Assembly: GCA_031414775.1 (NCBI GenBank)
Contig: JANOQI010000002.1
Location: 1-21,298, forward strand
Source: Synechococcales cyanobacterium VAR_4_metabat_354
Lineage (GTDB): Bacteria > Cyanobacteriota > Cyanobacteriia > Cyanobacteriales > Chamaesiphonaceae
Direction: 5' to 3'
DNA length: 21,298 nucleotides
The notes beneath the pieces are model-generated. The model did not search any database, was not told where the DNA came from, and saw nothing but the letters and a program-made list of their open reading frames with translations. The position numbers and the translations under genes were made by a program. How positions within the stretch are numbered: position 1 is the first letter of the stretch; every line of letters starts with the position of its first letter. Shown here piece after piece: positions 8,272-15,044 of the stretch.

Positions 8272-9975
8272 TCAAGCTGTATGCTCTTCCAGTTTTGCCA
8301 AAATCAGGTTGGCTCTTGCTTCGATAAAATCCTCGAATTTGTCTTCTGTCCAGATAGCTGTATTCGACGGGATGAGGTGAAGTTTTAGGAATGCGGGCTT
8401 GTCAGTTACATATTCTGGGTTATTGATCCATGAATCGAATGACTTGCCGTTCTTTGCTCCACGGTTGGTTCCAGGATCAATGAGTTGGAAGTTTTTGATG
8501 CTGTTGATTTTCAGTGGGTCGTATCCTTTGCCATTTAAAATCGACTTCGGCATAATGTGGTCGATGTCATTGGTTCTGATTGTTTTAGCTTTGTCGTACA
8601 TCAGATAATATACGAATGAGCTGTCTAGTTTATCTAGGCCATCGGTGTTGTATTCCTTGCTGAAGGCGATCGGGTGATTGGTATAGACGGCAATGAGTTT
8701 ATCGATCGGGAAGCTTTTTTCTTTGTGTTGCTTGATTTCCTCTAATATCTTTCTAACTCCGGTCTTGTAAGGTATCCAGCCAGCACCCTTGCTTCTGAAT
8801 ACGCCATTTAACAGTGAATGGAATAGCCATTCTTTGATTTTAACGAAGTCGGTATTGCCGGTATCGTAGTTATTGAAATATGAGAGAATGCCATTATCAT
8901 CGATTTTTTGGTGATAGATGTGATAAGCCACAAAAAATAATGGGACGAAGGAACGGCTACCATCTTTGTAGTAATCATATACTTTGGCATGAATCAAAAA
9001 GTCTTTTAGGCTTTTCAGGGTACATTTTATTCTTTCACGGTTGTCGATCGCAAAAGCAGCATCGGCTTTTTCAATAGATGAGATTTCTTTATTGTGATTG
9101 TCTTGAAGAATGAAAATGAGTTTTATCAGGTTATCTTGCGAAAGACCAATTTCTTCATATATTTCGAGGGTTTCTCTGAGGAATTCTTCCATTTCCCACG
9201 CGAAACCTTTCAATACTGATGCGACGAGATCAAATGAAGACAACTTGGTTCCGCCATCATTCAGCCTTCTAAATAGTTGCACAATCCGCTGCCTATTTGC
9301 GGTATCATCGAATGACCTATTAAGTGTGACCCTCGAAATCCCAAGTGTTTCGGAAACGATTGTGTTTCTGTAAAAAGCTCTAATATTTCTGGCTATGTGG
9401 GTCTTCTGAAGGTCATCGACAATACCTTGTTTAGATACGATTTCTGATGATACTTGCTCTTCATCATTTGTTTGCTTTAGTCTTTTGAGTAACCCGCTAA
9501 CCAAATGCCAATTGTGTTCAGGAATCACCCTGTCAGAGTTGTCTTTTGACTTTCCTGGTAGGTTTTTGACATCATTCTCAAATTTGAATTCAAATTCTGC
9601 TTTGTAGTCACTATATAAATCGAAGTATAAGACCTTACCATTAAAACTACCACTCAACCCCATGTAAAATGCTTGCAGCCTTTGCTGCCCGTCAATCACG
9701 AAGCTTTGAGGCTGGGTCAAGGTACTTACTTGTCTGGCTGGGATCGGGCTGCCATCTTTGGTGAATGGTCTGAAGCTAAATAAAGGCTCGTCACCTTTTT
9801 CTTCTTCAATGACCATGATGCCACCGAAGCTGTCACCTTTTAAAAGGGTGTCAAAAAGTAGCTCTATCTTATCCTCAGTCCAAACTAAAGATCTTTGGAT
9901 GACGGGCAAAACGAATTTTTCTTCGGCTATTTCAGTGATGATTTCTGAAATTCTATATGTTTTCCAAATTGCCAT
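8272..9975 (-). CDS. gmrSD: GmrSD-family type IV (modification-dependent) restriction endonuclease, DUF262 + DUF1524/HNH
   Basis: DUF262 motifs LPVIQRSLVW, VIDGQQRL and FRRLNDGGTKLS. C-terminal DIDHIMPKS...NFQLIDPGTNRGAKN HNH-like motif. Confidence 0.85.
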   Translation of the reverse strand: MAIWKTYRISEIITEIAEEKFVLPVIQRSLVWTEDKIELLFDTLLKGDSFGGIMVIEEEKGDEPLFSFRPFTKDGSPIPARQVSTLTQPQSFVIDGQQRLQAFYMGLSGSFNGKVLYFDLYSDYKAEFEFKFENDVKNLPGKSKDNSDRVIPEHNWHLVSGLLKRLKQTNDEEQVSSEIVSKQGIVDDLQKTHIARNIRAFYRNTIVSETLGISRVTLNRSFDDTANRQRIVQLFRRLNDGGTKLSSFDLVASVLKGFAWEMEEFLRETLEIYEEIGLSQDNLIKLIFILQDNHNKEISSIEKADAAFAIDNRERIKCTLKSLKDFLIHAKVYDYYKDGSRSFVPLFFVAYHIYHQKIDDNGILSYFNNYDTGNTDFVKIKEWLFHSLLNGVFRSKGAGWIPYKTGVRKILEEIKQHKEKSFPIDKLIAVYTNHPIAFSKEYNTDGLDKLDSSFVYYLMYDKAKTIRTNDIDHIMPKSILNGKGYDPLKINSIKNFQLIDPGTNRGAKNGKSFDSWINNPEYVTDKPAFLKLHLIPSNTAIWTEDKFEDFIEARANLILAKLEEHTA

Positions 9976-10012
9976 GATTGATTACTGCTCTTATTGGGTG
10001 GTTGCTGTAGTA

Positions 10013-10184
10013 CTATTTCTTTTTCCTGGCTTCCCAGGCTGATTCAAAGGTTTCTGGGGTGGTTTTGTTCCAGATGCGAGTGGCGATCGATGTTGCTGTA
10101 ATAGTCGATCGTCTCAGGATCTTTGATGCTCTGGGTTACGAGGGCGCACCAGTAGTTTTGGGTGGTTGTTTTGGTGTAGGCCAT
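10013..10184 (-). pseudogene. Possible small frameshifted ORF remnant
   Basis: ATG 10184 gives MAYTKTTTQNYWCALVTQSIKDPETIDYYSNI. Removing one copy of the tandem CGAT at 10084-10091 continues the frame as ATRIWNKTTPETFESAWEARKKK* (TAG 10015-10013). Confidence 0.25.
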
Positions 10185-10199
10185 AGTGAAAATTTGGTT

Positions 10200-10580
10200 T
10201 TAGGATGTGACTTGATCGATCATTTCTGTGAGCTGTTGGCAGACGTGATTGAAATTATTCATGACTTCATCATTGGTAAATCTGATGATTTTTAGTCCAT
10301 ATTTTTCGAGTTCGATCGATCTTTCGGCATCTCTGGCTTGGGCAGCTTCTGAGAAATGCACGTCTCCATCGACTTCGATGACTAGGTGCAGGGCGGCGCA
10401 GTAGAAATCTGCGATGAAGTGATTGATCGGCCTTTGGCGAAGTACCCGATGAGGAAAGGTGTTCAGGTATTCTTCCCAGAGTTTTTTCTCGGCGGGTGTG
10501 GGGTTGTGCCGCATTTGTTTGGCTCTTTCTACTAACTTGGGGTTGTAGGGGAGGTGGAAATGGGATTTTCGCAGGGGCAT
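10200..10580 (-). CDS. DUF559 (Vsr-like PD-(D/E)xK) endonuclease-domain protein
   Basis: LPYNPKLVERAKQMRHNPTPAEKKLW...RQRPINHFIADFYC..LVIEVDGDVH..DAER..GLKIIRFTNDEV. ATG 10580 likely; the frame is open upstream to the methyltransferase stop. Confidence 0.88.
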   Translation of the reverse strand: MPLRKSHFHLPYNPKLVERAKQMRHNPTPAEKKLWEEYLNTFPHRVLRQRPINHFIADFYCAALHLVIEVDGDVHFSEAAQARDAERSIELEKYGLKIIRFTNDEVMNNFNHVCQQLTEMIDQVTS

Positions 10581-10625
10581 GGTTAATGGTGATGCGACTG
10601 TTCTTAGACTGCGCTTGGGGTGGGT

Positions 10626-10774
10626 GATCCCCCTAGCCCCCTTGAAAAGGGGGATCGGAGAATTGGAGGGTGTTGGGGTTATTATTCCCTTGGGACTTGG
10701 TGATTTCGCCGTTGGTAATGTAGCTTGCGCCAAACCGTTCCGGCTCCCCCTTTTCAAAGGGGGTTGGGGGGATC
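10626..10774. repeat. GATC-bounded double-hairpin palindromic repeat (copy 1, long spacer)
   Basis: Left arm GATCCCCCTAGCCCCCTTGAAAAGGGGGATCGGA (10626-10659); right arm TCCGGCTCCCCCTTTTCAAAGGGGGTTGGGGGGATC (10739-10774). Each arm has a CCCCCTT/AAGGGGG hairpin and the arms are mutually inverted. Confidence 0.85.
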
Positions 10775-10799
10775 GAATCTCTGCCCGCAGCCACAATCT

Positions 10800-13700
10800 C
10801 TAGCATGGCTCCAAGACTTCACTGACAGGATGATCACTCGGTACCGTAATCATCTCAAAATCGCCAATAGAACGCGCTTCACTGGGCATTGGTTTACCCG
10901 ACTCCAGCAGATCCCATGCTGCCAACACCAGCCGCTGAGTGCGATATTCGCCGTGTTCTTTTAGCTCTTTGTTTTTTAGGACGCGGAAAGTTTCGCTGGG
11001 GAACTCGGCACCATGAACATCAGTAGGATCGAGGATGTAGCGTAGTTCATCGCGGGTGAGTCCATAGAGCTTGGCGTATTTGGCATCGAGTTCGGCACGG
11101 AGGAGAGCGCGACGTGCTAGATTCCAAACAAATGGTGCGCCAGTGTAACCCATATCTTGAGCGAAGGGCTGCATATCCCAGGCGGTGTAGACGAGTTCGA
11201 GGACACGGCTACTGATAAATTGGATGTCTTGGGGTGTGTAGGATTCTGGGGGGAGGATGGGGAGTTGTTTGACGACATAAAAATTGAGATTCCCACCGCT
11301 TGCTTTTTGTTTAGCAACATAATCTAAAACCAGCGTATTAAAATTGGCAACTAAAGCACTAATTTCTCTTATACTTTTCTCTGAGAAAATTAATGGCATT
11401 GAATTACCAACTCCAAACCTAGGAATGATAGTAAATTTAACACTTCTTGCATCAGCAGTAGCACTTATAGCATTGCGAAATCCAATTAACCATGAGTGAT
11501 TCCAAGTCTCAGGGATCTTGGACTCAACTTCTGATTGAGACACCCAGTATCTAGGCAACACAAAACTGTCTGGGCTTTCAAGATCTTCTAGGCTTAGTTT
11601 GTTAGTGTGAGGATGAGTCCCGTACATATCCTTGGGCAATATCCCATTAAAGCTAGATTTACGGTGTTCAAAACTATCTGTTAGCTTCGACTCATATAAT
11701 GGTAAATAAAGCTGCTCTTTTTTTACTAATAAATTCTGTTTTAGGATACATCCATTTTTCTCTAATTCATCTTTCTTTCGGAAGTAACCCGAATCACTGG
11801 TCATATTGAACAATCCTTGCTTGAAAGATGCTTTCCAATAATTAGTGTTAGATATTTCATTTTCAAGGACAGGCACATGCTGATAAATCTTGTTAATTAA
11901 GATCGAGTCTTCCGCAGTTGCAAAAATTGGAAGATTTAGAGTGTTTGGATTGATAGACTTAATATCCTTAACGCTCAGCATATAAATTTTCGTAGCTTTT
12001 TTTAAGTCGTCAACACGAAGAAGCTGTGCTGCTGTAGAGAATTGCTTACTTTGAGAGTTAGAGATTGTCATCAATGAAAATGATACATTTCCCTGCACCT
12101 CTGGAAATATCTTTTCTTGATTCGTGAAATTATACAAACTGACAATTGAAAACGACTCAAGGATGTGCTGTATGAAATTTTTGGTAGAGTTATCTGTTGC
12201 AATTCCTGTTGGCAAGATAATTCCAACCCTACCTTGGTTTGATATTAAATACTTAGTAGTCTCAGCAAATACTGCATAAGTATTCATCTTTCCAATAGCC
12301 GTTAATGGAAATCTATGTGATTCTTTTAGAAAACGGTTCTGGGCATCAACTTGATACTTAGTATTTTCAAACGATTCTGCAAGTGAAATATTACTGTTAT
12401 CTAAGTTTTTAATTGCGTGTTTTCTAGATGCTCCAGCCAAAGCTGCAATTTTTGAGTCTTTTGAAGCAAAAAACTCTTGTTCAGAAACTTGAAGCTGCTC
12501 CCACGGTGGATTCCCCAAAACACAGCTAAAACCCCCAGCCTGAAACACCTCTGGAAACTCCAAACACCAGTGAAAGAAAGACTTCTCAGCCGCCAAAACA
12601 TTCGCCGCCTCAGCTACCTTCTGAAACACCGAACTCCCAGCCATCAAACTAAACAACACCGCCGTAGTCGGCACCACACCCAGCATTCGCTCCACAAAAG
12701 GCGTAAAAAACGCCGCAGTCCACACATTACACAACGTATAATCGCGCAGCCACACCGCATCCGATCGACCCGCCAAATAACGATCCTGCTTCGACTTCAC
12801 ATCCTGCGCCGTCACCTCCTCAATATCCCCCACCTGCTCCGCCGACAATGCATAACTCACCCGCCCAGCCCGCACCACCTCCAAATCCCACAAACACCGC
12901 TGATCAATATCCTTCAGCTCCGACCTATTCCGCTTCTTCAACTTCGTCACCAACGACTTATCATCCCCAGTCACCGCCGTAAAAGCCCCATCAGGAATCC
13001 CCCCCGCCAAACAATCCAAATCCAACACCCCCACCAACGAATTACCACACTTAATGCGGTGATCCAAAAAACTCAGCGGGCGATTCTTGTTATAACCCTC
13101 AATCCACAGCGCCACCTTACAAAGATCGATCGCCAACGGATTTAGATCCACCCCATAAATACAACGCTGAATCACATCTCGCACCGCCGGACGCAAATCA
13201 TCCAAACCGGGCTGATGCTCCTCAGTCCGCACCCGCGCCAACTCCTTACCCAACCGCCGCGCCGCCGCCAACAAAAAATGCCCCGAACCACAACTTGGGT
13301 CACACACCGTAATACTCAACAGCGCCGCCTCCCTCTCCGCGATCGAACTCAAACCCACCAACTTATCAGCAATCACCGGCTCCAAAGCAGTCTTAATAAG
13401 CTGCGCCACCAACTCCGGCGGCGTGTAGTAAGAGCCTGTGGACTTGCGATCGCTCCCCGGCACCAATAAGAATTCGATCCCCCCAGCCCCCTTAGAAAGG
13501 GGGAGCCGGATTCTGGAAGTCCCCCTTTCTAAGGGGGATTTAGGGGGATCAAATGCAGTGTTACCAGCCTCGACCATAAATTGCGGATGGAAATCCAACA
13601 AACTTTCATATATGGAACCAAGCTCCTCCACATCTAACGACTCATAATTCACCCGTCTAGACTGCGCCGCTTGCCCCTTGGCCGACACATGGTCATAACG

Positions 13701-14981
13701 CGACAAATTTTTAATCGCCGTCAACAAATCATAGTTATCGATCGCATAGCCATCAATATAGCTCAAAGCCTTCGAGCCAAACAAATCACCATTCAACGGC
13801 GATAGCCCCAACGCCTGCCCCCGCCAATGCTCATCAAAAAGCTGAAAAGTCACCATCAGCCCCCGCCACAAATCCTGAAAACCCTCCCGTCTCAGACTTG
13901 GCGACTCCGCCAACAGCCGCAGCTTCTCAATACTGTAATAAGCCTCATAAATTCGCCGCTGCTTCAAATCCGTCTCATTGTCATTCAGCAACAAATCCCG
14001 CGACTCCGCCACCATCAAAAACAACAACCGATAAATCAGCATCAACAACTGCCGATAATACTCCGTTGCCACAATCTCGCCACTAGCCACCCGCTGACGC
14101 AACGCCTCATTCTTCGGATGCTGCAAAAACCCATTCGCCAACTGCTCGATCGACTTCTCCACCCCATCCCGCAGCTTATCTCTAACCCGGCCACCCTGCT
14201 GCAAAGTTAACTGATGGTAATCTTCCAACAAACACTTATTGGAATCCTCCATATTTTCAGGAAGACGCGATCGATGGAACAGCCGATAAAATAGCCCGAA
14301 CTCCGCAAAGTTCTCGCCCTTCATAATCTGATCCAAGTCAAACTCCACATAAGTCAACTTAGTCATCAAATTAGAATCACGCAGCAGCCGCCATTGCATC
14401 CCATTCGTCACCACCCCCCACAAATGCTCAGTCCGGTTCAAATACTCCTGCAACAAACCATGAGCCGAAATCCGAGGCTTACCACTCTCCGATCGCTTCT
14501 CTAACCCCACCCGACAACCAATAATATGCAAAGGTGGCTTATTTTCCAGAGCCGCAGTCCCCAGCAAATCATAGCTACCCTCATGCGCCATTCGCTGATC
14601 TACAGCAACCTCCACATTGCGCCGCCGCTGCCCCGATCGATGAGAAATAGCATAGGTCTGATTATCAATTATCTCCGCCTTCGCAGTATAAAAAGGGTCA
14701 TAACCCAACGCCCGCAACAACGGCAACACCCACTGCTCCCGCGTCACAGACGTAGCCGGGTCATTTTCATCCAACCGTCCCAAAGCCTGCTGAAAAGCCA
14801 CCCAATGAGCCTTAGCAATCCCCCACACCAAGGCAATTTCATCAGCTAACTTAGCCTTCTCCCCCAAATCAAAATCCTTCGGCATCTGCCCCGGATAATC
14901 ATTAGACACCAAATCTTTGGTGATATCAGTAACCAACAAGTTACCGGCAAATAGATAAGGACGAGAAGTAGTAGATAGCAT
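10800..14981 (-). CDS. Type IIG/Eco57I-like restriction-modification protein, N6-adenine methyltransferase (DrmMI/ArmB-like)
   Basis: RKSTGSYYTP, motif I DPSCGSGHFL, IYGVDLNPLA and motif IV NPPW. N-terminal QEYLN..WGVVTNG.QWRL region. C-terminal RAELDA.YAKLYGL.RDELRYILD...GEYRTQRLVL. Confidence 0.9.
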   Translation of the reverse strand: MLSTTSRPYLFAGNLLVTDITKDLVSNDYPGQMPKDFDLGEKAKLADEIALVWGIAKAHWVAFQQALGRLDENDPATSVTREQWVLPLLRALGYDPFYTAKAEIIDNQTYAISHRSGQRRRNVEVAVDQRMAHEGSYDLLGTAALENKPPLHIIGCRVGLEKRSESGKPRISAHGLLQEYLNRTEHLWGVVTNGMQWRLLRDSNLMTKLTYVEFDLDQIMKGENFAEFGLFYRLFHRSRLPENMEDSNKCLLEDYHQLTLQQGGRVRDKLRDGVEKSIEQLANGFLQHPKNEALRQRVASGEIVATEYYRQLLMLIYRLLFLMVAESRDLLLNDNETDLKQRRIYEAYYSIEKLRLLAESPSLRREGFQDLWRGLMVTFQLFDEHWRGQALGLSPLNGDLFGSKALSYIDGYAIDNYDLLTAIKNLSRYDHVSAKGQAAQSRRVNYESLDVEELGSIYESLLDFHPQFMVEAGNTAFDPPKSPLERGTSRIRLPLSKGAGGIEFLLVPGSDRKSTGSYYTPPELVAQLIKTALEPVIADKLVGLSSIAEREAALLSITVCDPSCGSGHFLLAAARRLGKELARVRTEEHQPGLDDLRPAVRDVIQRCIYGVDLNPLAIDLCKVALWIEGYNKNRPLSFLDHRIKCGNSLVGVLDLDCLAGGIPDGAFTAVTGDDKSLVTKLKKRNRSELKDIDQRCLWDLEVVRAGRVSYALSAEQVGDIEEVTAQDVKSKQDRYLAGRSDAVWLRDYTLCNVWTAAFFTPFVERMLGVVPTTAVLFSLMAGSSVFQKVAEAANVLAAEKSFFHWCLEFPEVFQAGGFSCVLGNPPWEQLQVSEQEFFASKDSKIAALAGASRKHAIKNLDNSNISLAESFENTKYQVDAQNRFLKESHRFPLTAIGKMNTYAVFAETTKYLISNQGRVGIILPTGIATDNSTKNFIQHILESFSIVSLYNFTNQEKIFPEVQGNVSFSLMTISNSQSKQFSTAAQLLRVDDLKKATKIYMLSVKDIKSINPNTLNLPIFATAEDSILINKIYQHVPVLENEISNTNYWKASFKQGLFNMTSDSGYFRKKDELEKNGCILKQNLLVKKEQLYLPLYESKLTDSFEHRKSSFNGILPKDMYGTHPHTNKLSLEDLESPDSFVLPRYWVSQSEVESKIPETWNHSWLIGFRNAISATADARSVKFTIIPRFGVGNSMPLIFSEKSIREISALVANFNTLVLDYVAKQKASGGNLNFYVVKQLPILPPESYTPQDIQFISSRVLELVYTAWDMQPFAQDMGYTGAPFVWNLARRALLRAELDAKYAKLYGLTRDELRYILDPTDVHGAEFPSETFRVLKNKELKEHGEYRTQRLVLAAWDLLESGKPMPSEARSIGDFEMITVPSDHPVSEVLEPC
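13472..13554. repeat. GATC-bounded double-hairpin palindromic repeat (copy 2), in-frame inside the methyltransferase
   Basis: ATTCGATCCCCCCAGCCCCCTTAGAAAGGGGGAGCCGGATTCTGGAAGTCCCCCTTTCTAAGGGGGATTTAGGGGGATCAAAT, containing a perfect 18-bp inverted pair. Translated as FDPPKSPLERGTSRIRLPLSKGAGGIE just before RKSTGSYYTP. Confidence 0.9.
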
Positions 14982-15044
14982 GAGATGTTGTGCTGATGAA
15001 GTTGGTAGATGCTGTGAAAATGAGATTAAATCGATCGGTCTGGC

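Noticed and set aside
10626..10774. CRISPR array or simple terminator interpretation of the hairpin repeats
   Set aside because: There are only two inverted arms per element, with no direct repeat-spacer periodicity and no consistent U-tract. One copy lies inside a CDS.
12477..13145. 222-aa + strand ORF, and other antisense ORFs at 13215-14849 and 15669-16466
   Set aside because: They are shadows of the MTase and SNF2 genes. The C/A-rich + strand is poor in stop codons and yields His/Pro/Gln/Arg-rich sequences with no recognisable motifs.
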